DNA of 64,000 bases, taken from the NCBI RefSeq assembly GCF_009914755.1, contig NC_060930.1, one strand, 5' to 3'. The notes under the pieces are model-generated. The model saw nothing but the letters and a program-made list of their open reading frames with translations, was not told the origin of the DNA and ran no database searches. Shown one piece after another: positions 41,951 to 57,694 of this stretch. The stretch comes from the human T2T-CHM13v2.0 reference genome, Homo sapiens. The position numbers were made by a program, and so were the translations under genes. Each line of letters begins with the position of its first letter. The stretch's first letter is position 1.

Positions 41951-44900
41951 TCTAAACTAAAGACGCCACCAGTGCCTTGTTCCCGCAGTTTACCACCCAG
42001 TGAAGGAGACAGGGAAACTATGAAATTAGGAACCTAAGTAAATATGCACAATTAGGTGTACTTATAATATTTCTAAATCATGAAGACTAAGATGGCAATG
42101 CACCTCATGGTGCATACGTATGCTAAAAGTAGCACACAGTTCTGAAAAGTTCAGGAAATAGCTTTTTCCCATCTTTTTAGGTTGCCATATTTATCTCCAG
42201 TGTAGCTAACATTTCTAGGCACGTACCTTTATTTAAATATTAAATAAATGTATTAATATTTAATAAATTATTTACATTGTAAAATATTTAAATATTTTTA
42301 GAGGAGCAGGAAAATCTATGTTTTTGCCATAAACTAAGAAATAAAAGCAATAAAATTTGAAATTTTAAAGATGTGGCATTTTTTCTTGCCTACCCACTGT
42401 ATATCAATCAAAACTTGCTAGGTAGCCACTTTCTGAAGACAGAGAGGAAGATCTAAAGAACTAAAGATACTATCTGCACCTTTATGCACAGCTGGAGAGA
42501 GAAGAGTCAAACAAATGATACAAATAGCAAGTGCAATTAAAAGTCAGAGGAGGGAAAGTCCTCCAAGCTGGAGTGGCCTGCCTTTCCCTGGAGATGGAAT
42601 CTGATCTGGGTTGTCCCGCAGAAGGGAAGGGCATTTATATTACAGAACTTCCCCTTTCTCACAAGCTTTTTAAAGTCTACTGAAGCAAACGATGTCTTTA
42701 AATCTTTCACAAATAATAATCATTTGTGACAAAAGAGTCTCAAAGTTCTGCTTATGGTATAAAGGAAAATTAATGTGAATTCATTTGATAATGTCTGATT
42801 TTTTTTTTTGGCAAACAGTTTGCACATTTATCTTTTTCTGATCATCACTAAAAACCAAGAGAAGTAAGCTTCTTTTTCAACATTCTGGGGAAAGGGGGAA
42901 AAATCTAACATATAGAAAACAAGGCGACCCAAGATTCACTGTGGAAGTCAGGCCTCATGTATCTGGCACCACAAGAGGGCATTCCATTTTATTTCCCAAT
43001 TGTATGAAAAACCCAGTACCTAGATAGCATCGCAAGGGACTTTCTGAAGCTCAGATTAAGTACTTAAGAACACTTTTCTCAGTTAATTGTGGGAGAGCTG
43101 TTTATTTTGCCCAACTGTTAAGTTGTATCTATAACCAAGCTATTATTTCCTCTTTTCATGTAAAGTCATAGATGTGCCTCACAACTGTTTGCTTTTTTTT
43201 CATTCTTGATCCAACAAATACTTCTCTGTTGCAATCTATGAGAAAGACATTATGATTGACATTGTGCAGAATACAAAAAGCATACGATGCGAAATCTACT
43301 TTTTACTAGTTTACTAGGTACATTTTTAATAGTTTGAAGATAAGCTACATGCATGAATAGCTTAGTGACAAGCTTATGTGTATGTGATAGGAAACTTGAA
43401 GTGGGAGGCATTAGAATTCATTCAGTGATAAAGAGCCTTATACTTACCGTATCCTACTTGCTACTTGGTCCTTATAAGCAGCTGATACAATTTTTAAATT
43501 TCACTTTGACTTAACATTGTTAAAAATCAAACCATACTGATTTTTATGTAGAGTGGTTTCTCAGGCTGTTTGGAATAGATTTGGGAGTGGTTTTAAAAAG
43601 AGAATTTCTTGACTTACAGAGCCAAGGATGGCCTTTCATTTAGAGAAATTTTCAAATTGTGATATAAAATCAACATTTTATATAAGAACTTCATGTATGC
43701 TACTACATCATGGGCATAGAACCACTATGTCTCCTGCCTATCTTTATCTATAGTAAAGTATCGACATGGGGTAATTTAGGTGACATTTCGAAGGAGAGTT
43801 GTCTAAGTGAAGTGCATCAATAATTGGAAATGAAAGATTATAATTACATTGATGAAACAAAGCATTGTTAAAATAGCCACATCTGTTGAGTGTTATTACC
43901 CGGAAAAATCTGTAATCCTATTCAATTTGGACATCTTAGAGGGGGAAAACTTGGGAAATCAAAATGAAATTACTCTTGTTTTAACCTTGAGAGGAGTTTA
44001 TTATCTTTAACCCAAGTCATAGTTTTCTATAGTGATAGTACATGATGCTTATTTTTCTTTCACACGTCAGTGGCATTCTCAGAACTAGATGAGACAGCAA
44101 GAGAAATAGGTGTTTTTAAGGCTTTGTTTTGAAGGGTGCCTCATCTAGTTTTAAGAATGTCAAAACACCTATTTTTAAGATGACTGCATCCACTGTAGAC
44201 TAACTCCATTATCTACCCCACAAACAGATATCATATAATTATGCATAATGTGTATAATTTCTGTGTCAGAGGCATGATTAAACTGCAGTGTGGATGGGCA
44301 AGGGGTTATTGACAAGCCAGGGAGCCACGGCGGTAGCCAAAACTAAGACTATGTTTCAGAAATTCAGATGATTCTCAGCTTGTATCATCATTGGCACACA
44401 AGACACAGCTCTTGAGCGTGACATCCCTAAGCTAGGCTGTGGGTTATGTGTGGTAAATATGCAGACTCTAGGCATAAGGCTGCATGTTTTTCTCTCATTC
44501 AAGAAGGTATAGTAGAATACAAGTGAGTCTGGGTGGCATTATTTCATAGGCTTAAATCTACTCTAAATTATAAACAAAGTACTTCTTGTATGAACTTTGG
44601 TCATTTATTAGTAGTTCCTGCATAATTGAGATATTGAGAGACACCGCAAAGGCCATGGCCACTCTGCTGCAGATGAGACCCACCAGGGCACATCACCGAG
44701 GCCAAGACTCCTCCTTCTCTTGCTGCCTTCACTGGCTTGGGAAGGGTGGGCTGAAAGGCCACAGGATCAACACTGTCCTCAAACTGCCCTCCTTCCTCCC
44801 ATTCATGTCCTAACTGCTCGATAATTGCCTTGCAAATGTAACTACACTTGAATATAAACCAAAATAAAACAATATTTGCCTTTCCCATATTTTTACCCCT

Positions 44901-45804
44901 ACCGTATTTGGTAGTTAATCTGGGGAATAACCATTGAAGGAACCAATTAGGGAAAGAGGCCACACAGAAAGACTGAGTTTGGGGAATATATAAAGTTTAA
45001 AAATTATTGAACTTGAAAAACTGGTGTTTATTCCATAGCTAGTGTGGTATTGAGGACACATTTTATGGCTCCTCTTCTCTTATTTAACTTGTCATTCACA
45101 CTATGAGAAACAAATAGAAGGAATAAGAGAAGCCAAATAGCCCTAAACCAAAGGAAAATAAATACTATTTAAAAATATTCCCTAAAGAACAACAATGTAT
45201 GCACCATAATTCTGAATAGAAACTAAATTTCAAGTGAGAAGCAGTGTGACAGAAATGAAACCTTTTTAGAAAAAAAAAAGAGTAAGATTTTCTTTTACTC
45301 AAGAGAGTTTCTTGTTGCTGAGCTGTAATTTCCATTCAAAACCACTACCGCTACCTGGATACTTACATTTTTAAGTCACAGAATGCAGGAGAGCTGAGAC
45401 AATCTCGTAATTAGGAAAAAGTATCATTTGAAAAGATATTAAAATCTTTTGATCTAAGTAGCCAATTGATAGAGGAAATAATTCTCTGTTGGACTGTAAA
45501 AGAAATTTGGGGTGGATTGATTTTTTTGTCACAGAAGAATGATTATATTATACTTGTTCAGTAACACTTTCAACTCTAGTCATTATTACCAATTTTCCCA
45601 CGCAGAAAACAGGATGACCACTGGCTTTGCCTTTGTGTGTACGTGTCAGAAGGCCAGAAAGAGAAAGGGACAATCAGGAAGGCCTGTGAGATATGAAAAA
45701 TGGCCTGATTTGGACAAGGTTCAGAATTGGATAGGCATATTGGAAAGACATGGGCTATTCTGTTTTTGCCTAATTATAAGTAAACAGAAAAAGCTCATGG
45801 GTAT

Positions 45805-46320
45805 TCTTTCATTAAACACACATGTATTAAGCATCTGCTCCCTACTGGATACCGGGGACACACAAGGCATGAGACACAATCTTTGCTTCCGAGAAGCTTA
45901 GATTTGGTAGAGGGAGATAGATCTGCAGTTAAAGGGTGCTTGCAGTGACAAGTGATGTGCTAGACATATTTGCAGAGGGCAGAGTAGAAGTACACAGGAA
46001 GAGGTGGTCAATTTGACCTGACCCAGGGAAGTTGAAAAGATGATATGGTTTCTTCATTCAGCAAGTGTGGCTTGAACGTACCTGGCATTGTTCTAGGCTC
46101 TGGGGATACAGTGGTGAACAAACCAGCAGCTCCTTCCTCCCATGGAGCTTACTGGGGGATCAGGGGAGGAGACAAGCACATTATAAACAAGTAGGCAAAT
46201 AAATGCTGAAGATAATTATAGGTGGTGACAAGCTCTAAAACAAATAAGATGGAGAAATGTGATTGACGGTGACATGGAGAGGAAGGGAGATGTGCTGTAT
46301 AGGATATTCAGATGAAACAA
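45805..46320 (-). mobile_element. L2 3'-end fragments, antisense
   Basis: Two cattca...aagcatctgc / ctggcattgttctaggctctggggatacagtggtgaacaaa segments. Confidence 0.6.
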
Positions 46321-46416
46321 GGGAAACACAATTCCTATCCCATAGGAATTTTGCTCATGCTGCTTCTTTGGCTTGGAGCATCTCCCTGAAATCCCACCAT
46401 CATCCTGTTTTAAAAT

Positions 46417-46940
46417 GTAGATTTTGTTATTATTGAGTTATGGTGAGGCCAACAGATCAGGAGACAATTACCATTGAAAACATGATTTGTTTCTGCTCCA
46501 ATAAGAGGGCACAGACCACACCTCCAGGACTGCATAGGGAAGCCCCAGGGTTGGTGAGGAGGTAGAAGGAGTGAGGGGGGAAAAGTGGACTAGAGTCTTT
46601 ATAGTGGTATCTGCAGGAAGGAAGTGGGCAAAGCAGGGTTAGCAGGCTTATGATTGGCTAGTTTGAAAGTTTCCATGGGTTCACGAGTGTAGGGGCTGGC
46701 TCTGGTTGTCTGGTACTTGGCCCTGGGATGATGGGGACAGAGGACTATTGCCTCCTGGAGTGTAGAAGCCACATAGAGGAGGTGATTTAGAGTATGGGCT
46801 CTGGATTGGTTAGTTTGCATATGAAAGCCGTTTGCTCTCTCAAAGAATTGGCTAGCCCTGGGAGGGGCAGTCTATTCTCAGTCAGTGAAACCCCAGATGC
46901 CAGAACATGGAGAATACAGAAATAAAATGTTGTTAATATA
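46417..46940 (-). mobile_element. MER74-like ERVL solo LTR
   Basis: Reverse strand contains ttctgtattc...catctggggt...ctgcccctcccagggctagccaattc...ttcatatgcaaactaaccaatccagagccca. Confidence 0.7.
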
Positions 46941-46949
46941 CATCCCCAT

Positions 46950-48190
<1,241 letters not shown>

Positions 48191-48515
48191 GCATTAACTT
48201 GCAATTAGTTTTTATCTTAATTCTATGGTTTTTATTTTGGCCACCCCCTCTTTCCCTGAGTTAATGGTGTGCCTTATTCAAGACTTGAATATTTAAAGAG
48301 AACACATGCTTCATTTTGACCTCTTTGCATCAGTGATTAATCATGGTTTATGGATCCCAAACAACAATGCTCAAACATACTTTATTGTTCTTGCTCTCCC
48401 CCGCAACCTACTGTGTACTTTCCACGTGCCAAACTTTTATGGTAAGTGCTTTTCATACATTATCTTTATGCCAACCCTATGAGCTTGTTGAGCTCTTAAA
48501 TTTGTACTTGGGGAA

Positions 48516-48869
<354 letters not shown>

Positions 48870-49019
48870 TCAAGCTGGATTTGAGCCGAGTCTGCCTGCC
48901 TCCACCGCCCTTGCTCTTCTCTGCCTGCCTTGGTTGCCTCCAGGTGCCTGTGGTGGCTGATGGTTTGTTTGGTCCTAAATGCAACTATTCTCTTTTTTCA
49001 ACATATAAAAGACTTATTT

Positions 49020-49160
49020 TTTAAAAGTCTAGAAGTATATATACAAAAACATTAATAGTGATTATCTCTGCATGGTGAAATTATGAAGGATTTTTGTTTT
49101 CCATACTTTGTATTTCTGAATTTTATGAAATGAGCATTTATTACTTTTTATAACTAGAAA
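49020..49160 (+). mobile_element. L1ME-type 3' terminal fragment
   Basis: Motif ttaatagtgattatctctg...atgagcatttattacttttataa. Confidence 0.55.
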
Positions 49161-50530
49161 TGGCACTCTTTCTATAACAGCAGTAATTTTTGTTTCCCAT
49201 CCACAGTACTATTGTTGGGCATTTAATGAAGTTTATTGCTTCCCACCTTCCCCCATCACGTTAATGGAAAATTTAAAAGCAGCATTATTGGTGCTTATTT
49301 TGCTTACACATGGTTTAACCAAAAGGACAAAAAGCAATGGTTTTGCTTAAGACTCACAAAGCCCATCTGCCCCAAAAGGAGGAGTGTGTGCTATGTTGTC
49401 ATTGCCTTGGGGTGAGTTTTCTTTTTCCTTCAGCTCCCCACTTTATACAGTTATCTGCTGAGGTGCAAACTATGCACCTCAGTAAGGAGTTCTTGATACT
49501 CTCAGGTAACCAGAAAGGGGAAAAGTAGGTTGAAAATTACTTGGATTTATAGAGTGAAATGGATATCTGATAGCATTATACATTCCTCAAGTTATTGGAA
49601 AACTATTGCTCATAATTATATTAATAATTGTAAGTTAAAAGTGAGGGGAAAGTAGGAAATAGCCCACTCTCATTCTACTTGACATATGCAAATTTTCTTT
49701 CAACAACTGTACTGTATCTCTGATTTTTGTGGGGGTACAGTGACAAAGGTACAGTGGAAGCTGTGGCTCTCTGGAGGCATAATTGTAGAGCCCTGGCTAT
49801 GAGCTTGAGACTGCAGGTAAAATCCTCCCAAATTTGAAGCATTTCTGCAGAAACTCTTCAAAAAGGTGGGAAGAATGGAATGTCTGAGGCTGAGAAAAAA
49901 ACAAAGAACAATTACAAATCATCCATCTTAGGTGGATTCAATATAGAATTATTCAAACAGGAGTCTTTTCTGTGAGATTTCCTCATTTCCTGAGACCTTG
50001 TATATAAAACTCTGGATTTTAGTTAAGACAGGATGGGTTGTTTTGACTTAAAGACCTACTTAGTTTGAAGTTTTGGAAAAAGAGCGGAGTCAGTCTGTCT
50101 TCAAATAGTTTATGTCATCTAATCATGAATCGCCATTTACCTGCCCTTACGTTATCTTTAGTAGAGAAAAAGCTGTAAAATATGGTAAGGGTAGAAAAAG
50201 CAATTGCCCTCATTAGTAAAATGTCTCTAGAATGTTGCAAAGTAACATTTCAGCCCTTGAAACCAGAGACCCCTTTCACTCCTTTTATTAAGATGTCTTT
50301 AAATATATGGGTTTTAAGAGGAGTAAAATGAGGAAAAATTATGAATTCTAGAATAGCTGTTCTCTATGCAGAACTTTATAATTGTGATTTCTTTTTTTTT
50401 TTATACTAGCCCTCCCATTTCTCCCACCACTGTGATGAAAACCTTAGTGAGTCAATCTGAATTTCTTGCCTGCTCTTTCTCGGATTTATTTCTAAGAGAT
50501 CTTTTTTCATTTTTATTTTTTGGCACCCAG

Positions 50531-50746
50531 GAATTAAATAGCTTTAATTACTTGGATCTGTACAGACTTGCTGACCTCTTTAACCTCACTTTGTTGGAGA
50601 AGGCAGTGATCGATTTCTTAGTGAAACATCTCTCTGAACTCCTGAAGAGCCGCCCAGAAGAAGTTCTAACGCTTCCCTATTGCCTGCTTCAGGAGGTGCT
50701 GAAGAGCGACCGCCTGACCTCCCTGAGTGAAGAGCAGATCTGGCAG
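50531..50746 (+). CDS. KLHL32: KLHL32 coding exon (216 nt, phase 0-0), 3-box/BACK domain: ELNSFNYLDLYRLADLFNLTLLEKAVIDFLVKHLSELLKSRPEEVLTLPYCLLQEVLKSDRLTSLSEEQIWQ
   Basis: T-rich tract and cccAG at 50529-50530, donor CAG|GTAAGG. BACK-domain 'L.SD.L...SEE.I' motif. Lies within ORF 50366..50815. Confidence 0.96.
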
Positions 50747-53700
50747 GTAAGGGCGCTGTGCACGGTCGCTTTTGGCACTGAAAAAGCATGCCGTGATTGG
50801 AAGTTAAAGGACTGAGGAACAATTACCACTATTTTAGTGGCTTTGGTCCTCATGGAGTTGTTTTAGAAGTCATGCTTCCTTGATGGACAAGTGATTGGAG
50901 AACACTGGCCCTTGAGGCTCAGAGCCCTCAGCGGACTCTGCCGCTTAACTCAGGGAATTGCAGGGGCAATCCATGAGACCCTCACTGTGGCTTCCCAGAA
51001 CCTAACGTGGTCACATCTGAGTCAAGGGATGTTTTTTTCCTGATAAAAATTGTTTCTTAAACAAAATATGACAAAAAAATGGATTGTAAAGTGATATATA
51101 TGCATATTTAAGACCAGGAGAATCAGAGTAAATTTGGGCCTTTGCTGTAAACAATTCAGAAACATTTCTTTGTTGCAATAGAGAGCAGCTTGGATCTCGA
51201 ATGAAATGAAGCTCTTCTTGCATGGCAGTGGAAAAATCTCCATCCTTAGTTCATTCTGCATTCATTGCTATTTTCCTAAGCCCTGCCTTTTCGCCTGACA
51301 TAGCATTCTTTTCACATTGTGTCGCTCCCTTGTCTAGAGGACAGGAGGATGTTTTGTGGTTTGAAGTTGATTATTCAATTAAATCCTCTTCTGCTCATCC
51401 CCAGTGACTATTCCTTGAAAAATCCACTTGGTGTCTTTGGGGAATAGTCAGAGAGCCTATCTTCCTCCTCCATATTACAGCCTGTCTATCTCACTCTCTG
51501 AAGCACTGGCTAGCCATTTTGTTACTTGTAGGGTGCCATGCCTCCAAGATTTCACAATCATTTGAAAAATAATTATATACAGACTACCAGGGAAAATTTA
51601 AAGTCTTCTATTAGCTGATTAAACAGTGAATCCCTGGTATCTTATCAAGTAATATTTAGAGAGTATTTTAATTCTGGCCAAAATTGTCATATAGGTAGCT
51701 GTTAATTATTCAGTAGCTAACTCTACTGACTGATTATTTTCCTGATGGCTTTCTGCCTTATTTCATTATTTGTGTTACTTTAATCAGTAACTTCCCTCTT
51801 CATTATTGCTTCCACCAGAGGGAATTAAAGAGCTGCAGCGTCCTGAAGGCCTTCTGGGTCCCAGGCTCTTTGCAAACTTATTGACAGCAGGCCTGAAAGA
51901 ATGGCTATTATCACTGCATGTACCAGATGAACAAAATGAGGCTTCTGTGCCTTACTCAGAGTCACAGAGCAGAGCCAGCCTTCAAATTTAAGTCTGCTAA
52001 CACCTGCCCCCATGTCTTCAATATTCCACACTGTCTTGATAAAGAAAATATAAGGACCAAAAAAACATTAAAGAATAAATTTTTTGTGGCTCCTTGGGTA
52101 TTTCTGGTAATGTTTGTTCAGGCAGAGGTTGAACAGGTTGACAAGGATCTGTTTTTGGTAGAAATTTCAATTATCTCTGGCTCTCTCTTATAAACACAAA
52201 TCAACAGAATTTACTTTGGTCAATTCAAAATGGGAAGTAGTCAAATTTTCTTCACTTCCCAAGGGAAAAAGAAAGATTTGGAATGAATCCTGCATTTAAT
52301 TTTTTCTAACTGAATTGACATCTGAGGCTAACCATCCTTGTGGCTTCTATCTCTTTTTGTGGCGCAGTTGAAGGCACTGCCAGAGATTGACGTGGTAATG
52401 TGCAGATGGCTGAGTGTCAAGAAAATTCCATACTATCCACTTAAGAGTTATCATAATTGCCTCTCTAAAGGTTACTAATATTATAATGTAGAATTTTAAA
52501 AGCTGCTTTCTGCTGCAGGCAATAATTTTTTTAATACCTGGTCCTCAAGAAAGAATTAAAAGACTCACATAAATATTATCAATTTAGGCATTCAGCAGGC
52601 AATAAGAAACTGTTTTTGCTTTATCTTAGTAAATAAGTATTTCCCTCATATTCAACCCCATAGAGAAAAATCAAATCAGACCGCTATTTTGCCTCAAGTA
52701 TAGTTAAGTTCATCATTTTTGCTGAGGTTATGCTAGTAATGCAATATACCATGGAAGAATCTAATATTCAGCCCAGAGTAGAGATTGGGTATGCCAGAGG
52801 ATTAGTGTCAGGGTGCTTTATAGAAGTGAAACTTGATGGACAGGCTGGAGACAGATCTACAGAATCTCATTAAATTGCTGAATTGTTCATTACGGAACGT
52901 TCTCACTGTAATAAAGTGCTCATTGACTTTGACAAATCCCTATCCCATGTCTTAAAGAAGAAGTGTGAAGCAAAAGGTGTTGGGGAGGAGAAAGGAAATT
53001 GGCACAAGGTAGGACAGGTAATAGAAAACTGGATGGAGGGGGGCGTGCTATTTGATTAATATGTGCAACCAGTAACTTAGATGAGAGCATGGTAAACACA
53101 CACACACTTACGCAGGTGGCTCTTCTACTATGTACTGATAATGTCATCTGGGACCATCCCATATTTGGTGAAAGGTCTAATTTTCATTATTCACCAGATT
53201 TCATGCAGTCTGGCTCTGAAGACCTGTCATAAGAACCTTCAAATTAACCTCACCGAACCAACTCTTTTTCACTTTTTCCTGCTGTTCCTTACCCAAGCCC
53301 TTTCCTTGACAAAATGTGTTGTATGCAGGCCACGGTAATCATTCTGTGGATCTGTGAACCTGTAAAATACCCCAAGATGATGCCTTGGAACTGTTCTTTT
53401 TTTTCCATCTGACCTTTCTAAGCTTTATTCTGAGTCTCTTCTCTCACAGAAGTCTTCTTGGTTCCTCCTAGACAAATTTTCATCCCTTCCATGGTCTGAA
53501 ATGACTTGATCTGTTGGTTAATTTCACTCTATATTTAGAGGTAACATAGAGAGTTGTTCACATACATACCTTAGATGGATAAGGACATAGAAGTTCCCTA
53601 AAATATATTGTTTTTTTAAAATTTAGTTCAATTCAGCTCAACAATTTGGTTTTATGTTTCAAGGCCAGCAATTTATCAGGTTCCAGATGAAAGACACCAA

Positions 53701-53924
53701 ATTGACTATTGGGTTCAAAGAAAGGAGACTAAAACTGAACAAATCAGCTGAAATGGAAATATGGGACATTAGGTCACTTGCCTTTGTGACCTGGCAAATC
53801 TCTATCTGTTTGATTTTGCTTTCAGATATTAGCTCCCAATTAGAACTTCATTTCAGTAGGGCCCTGTTAAATATCTTCTGTTAGATTTTGCATATATTTT
53901 CAGACTGATGAGCCAGGGTCTTAC

Positions 53925-54160
53925 CATAGGAGCTGGGGAGTGCAAGAAATGGGGAGATGTTGGTCAAAGGGCACAAAACTTTCAGTTAGAAAATAAACAA
54001 GTTCTAGGGATCTAATATAGAGCATGGGTTCCAGGGATATGTTAATTAATTTGATTGTGGTAATCATTTCCCAGTGTATATGCTTATCAAATCATCATAT
54101 TGTACACCTTGAATCTAAACAATCCTTATCTGTCAATAAAATATTTTTAAATAAATAAGC
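53925..54160 (+). mobile_element. L1MA/MB 3' UTR terminal fragment
   Basis: Motif ggggagatgttggtcaaagggcacaaa...ttcagtta...aagttctagggatct...ttgtacaccttgaa. Confidence 0.75.
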
Positions 54161-54901
54161 CAAAACATGGCAATTCTTCATAAAAAAAACTTAGAACAAC
54201 ACATAGAAGTAATTCTGTATCATTCTCATGATCAGATCTGTTTTCATTTCCATAGGAAGTGCTGAGTAAGCTCTGTTTTCTTTTCAGGAACATGCATTTC
54301 CTGCCTCTTCTGCCTTTAGGTTCTCTTTCACCAGAGTAAGAGGGAGATTACTGTTTTCCATGGAAGTACAATTTGTAGAAAAAGCCTATATAGAAAAATA
54401 TAACATCAATTCTTATACACACTAGCATAGGGAGAAAGTATGGCTCTCCACCCATCAGTATGTACTGAGCACCTACTAAATACCCAAAATTATGCTAGAG
54501 TGGAAAGAAGGCAGAGGACAGATCTGCCGACTCCATTTCCCTCTTCCAGGCCTCCTCCCAAATGGAGAGAATCCTCCTGATTTTAAACCATAAGTACAGC
54601 TCTCTGAATTTTTATTTTATCTCCAAAGTAGCAGAAACAAGAAGGATATTTAAAAATGAAAGAAAACAGCTTGTGGAAATAAAAATGAATATTTCTTGAC
54701 CACCTGTTACATGCTAGGCATAGTGTTGGGAGCTAGATTCTGGGGTAAAATGCTTTACAAAAATATTCAGTAGTTAGGTTAAGGAAATTTATTTCACCTT
54801 TATCTCTGAGTGGGAAGTTTTGTTTTCCTTTAATTATTAATGTATTAACTGTTTCTTACTTTTAGTGAGAACTTATTATTTTGTAAGAACAGTCCTTTTC
54901 T

Positions 54902-55199
54902 GGGTAGGCGCGGTGGCTTACGCCTGTAATCCCAACAGTTTGGGAGGCTGAGGCGGGCAGATCACTTGAGGTCAGGAATTTGAAACCAGCCTGCCCAACA
55001 TAGTGAAACCCCATCTCCACTAAAAATACAAAAATTAGCCAGGTGTGGTGGCAGGCACCTGTAATCCCAGCTGAGGCCTGGAGGCTGAGATAGGAGAATC
55101 AGTTGAAGCGAGAGGCAGAGGTTGCAGCGAGTGGAGATTGCGCCACTACACTCCAGCTGGGATGATAGAATGAAACTCCAGCTAAAAAAAAAAAAAAAA
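54902..55199 (+). mobile_element. AluS (diverged)
   Basis: TSD aagaacagtccttttct (54885-54901) / aagaacagtacttttct (55200-55216). Confidence 0.92.
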
Positions 55200-55370
55200 A
55201 AGAACAGTACTTTTCTTACTTCATTAACCTGGGGGTTGAGGACACTTCCTACTTGTATTCTGAGTCTGACTTTGCCTGGACTTAAGTAGATATTAAGACC
55301 AAAAAATTTGCTGGCTATGTGAGTGGCGTCAAACAAGGTAAGACCTCAGCAGGGAGGGTTTCCTTTATTC

Positions 55371-55396
55371 TATTAGGTTGGTGCAAAAGTAATTGC
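55371..55396 (+). mobile_element. Solo Hsmar1/MADE1 terminal inverted repeat
   Basis: TA followed by TTAGGTTGGTGCAAAAGTAATTGC, an exact match to the start of the Hsmar1 TIR. No partner arm nearby. Confidence 0.85.
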
Positions 55397-56347
55397 ATAA
55401 ACCCAAGTTATGTCCTATTTTAGTGTGGCAAAGAAGGACCATGTCACCTGATTTGGGGCTGGGGCAATCCTGTTCATATTTGTCCGTGATTATCCATCCC
55501 TAGAGGCAGAGGCTGTGCTGTAGTGTTTGCATTACCTACTGCTTGCACTCTATTAATAATAAATAAAAACAACAATGTAGAGTTTCCATATTAAAATGTA
55601 TTGAATGGATAATAAGACATCCTACTATTCCTACATTAGGCTGGATTTATTCTAAGAAAATTGATATAGAAAATGAGTTTGGCCTTTTAAAGACTGCATT
55701 TTTCCTTATATTTTTGTTGGAAATTTGCTTCCCTAAGTCATACTCTTAATAACACATTCATTTTATATCTTGAGAGACATAAGCCACATATTGTTTAGTC
55801 AACAATCTCAAATGCAGTGGTTTTTTTGACACGCTCCTCCTGGGCTTTTATGTATACCACAGAATCAGCCACGTTACAGTTTGAATTAATCATTTTCTTC
55901 AAAAGGAGTCCCAGAAGTGAACCCAAACAAAAAGCTACTATCCCTTTACAGTTGGAAAGTAGAAGACACTGGTGATGTACTCAGCTTTCATCTTTTATCC
56001 TTCGATGATAAATTGACCCAAATGTACCTCTGGCCAGGAAGAAGCAAGGAATTTAAATAGTACTAGATGTCAAACAATACTATTAAAATACTTCCAATTT
56101 GAATATCACATCACAGTTTTGAAAATGCATCTTCATTTATTATTGCTTTGTTCTCCTGTAGTACAAAAGGGAAAACTGAGGTTACATATCTAGGAATCAA
56201 ACTCATGTCTTCTAATTCTTGAGCTATATCTACTTTGGTCTATAGCTTCTAAATTTGTAATAGAAGCTCAGAAATACTCAGGCGATGGGCACAGAGGTGC
56301 ATCCAATTAATCCTATGACTTTAACAGGAATTAAGAAGGGCTTGATT

Positions 56348-56650
56348 AGCTGGGCACAGTGGCTTACGCCTGTAATCCTAGCACATTGGGAGGTTGAGGC
56401 AGGCTGATCGCTTGAGCCCAGAAGTTTGAGACCAGCCTGTGCAACATAGTGAGACCCCTGTCTCTACGAAAATATTAGCTAGGCATTGTGGCATGCACCT
56501 GTAGTTCCAGCTACCCAAAGGGCAGGTTCACCTGAGCCCAAGAAGTTGAGGCTGCAGTGTGCTGTGATTGCACCACTGCTCTCCAGCCTGGGCAATAGAG
56601 CGAGACCCTGTCTGGAAGAAAAAAAACAAAACAAAACGAAACAGAAAAAA
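56348..56650 (+). mobile_element. AluJ
   Basis: AluJ diagnostics (gcttgagccca, gaggctgcagtg, gagaccctgtct) and high divergence. Confidence 0.9.
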
Positions 56651-57304
56651 GAGCATGACCATTCTAGTTCCCTTGGGTAGTGCCCATGGATTGAACAAAT
56701 CATGGCCTCTGTGCCTGCCTCCGTGTCTGTGTCATGTTGCTAATTCTAATTCTGTTAGATGACATATGCCTCATTCATTCTTTCATTCATTCCAAATAGT
56801 TATTGAGTGCCTGCTCTACCCAGCCATGTCCTGTGGGGTACTACTATTGCCTGCCATATGACGGGTGCTGGGTAGTCAGTAATGGGAAGCACCAACAGAG
56901 TCCTGCTGTCATGGGCCTGACAGTGTCTGATGTGGGGCTTTCCGCTTGCTGCTCTTTCCCACCTGCCCAATGCCTTCCCAGTGGGGACTGACCTGTGCCA
57001 AATAGCATAATGATTTCTTTGCCAAGTTGGGGCACGTTGAAATGATATGGGTACAATGGAGATGACATGCTTTTGACTGGATGTTTCAATACCAACCAGT
57101 GACCCTTCGCCTTTTGTTCAATGCTTTGCTTATTGTTAACTCTCGATAGTTGTATGCACCCTCTAAACAGCTTCGCAAACCTTTGTCAATCCATGTGATA
57201 CAGTCCAAGCCTCAAACAAATCAGGCTGTGGGTAAACATTTAATCAAAAAATTCTACAAGCTGTGTTCATGTTTTAATATTTGGACCTTGGTAACTAGAA
57301 ATAG

Positions 57305-57694
<390 letters not shown>

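Noticed and set aside
42228-42300. AT-only palindromes
   Set aside because: Low-complexity A/T sequence in which palindromes are expected by chance.
50366-50815. 149-aa ORF as a standalone gene
   Set aside because: Only 50531-50746 is BACK-domain sequence bounded by splice sites. The flanks are intronic read-through, and the F-rich N-terminus is the polypyrimidine tract.
55330-55345. Strong donor-like AAG|GTAAGA suggesting a cryptic exon
   Set aside because: No convincing upstream acceptor or KLHL-like frame. Such motifs are common in long introns.
55371-55490. miR-548 family precursor
   Set aside because: Only one TIR arm is present, so no hairpin can form.
55560-56340. Possible processed-pseudogene or UTR fragment
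   Set aside because: No recognisable ORF, poly-A tail or TSD. It cannot be supported without a database search.
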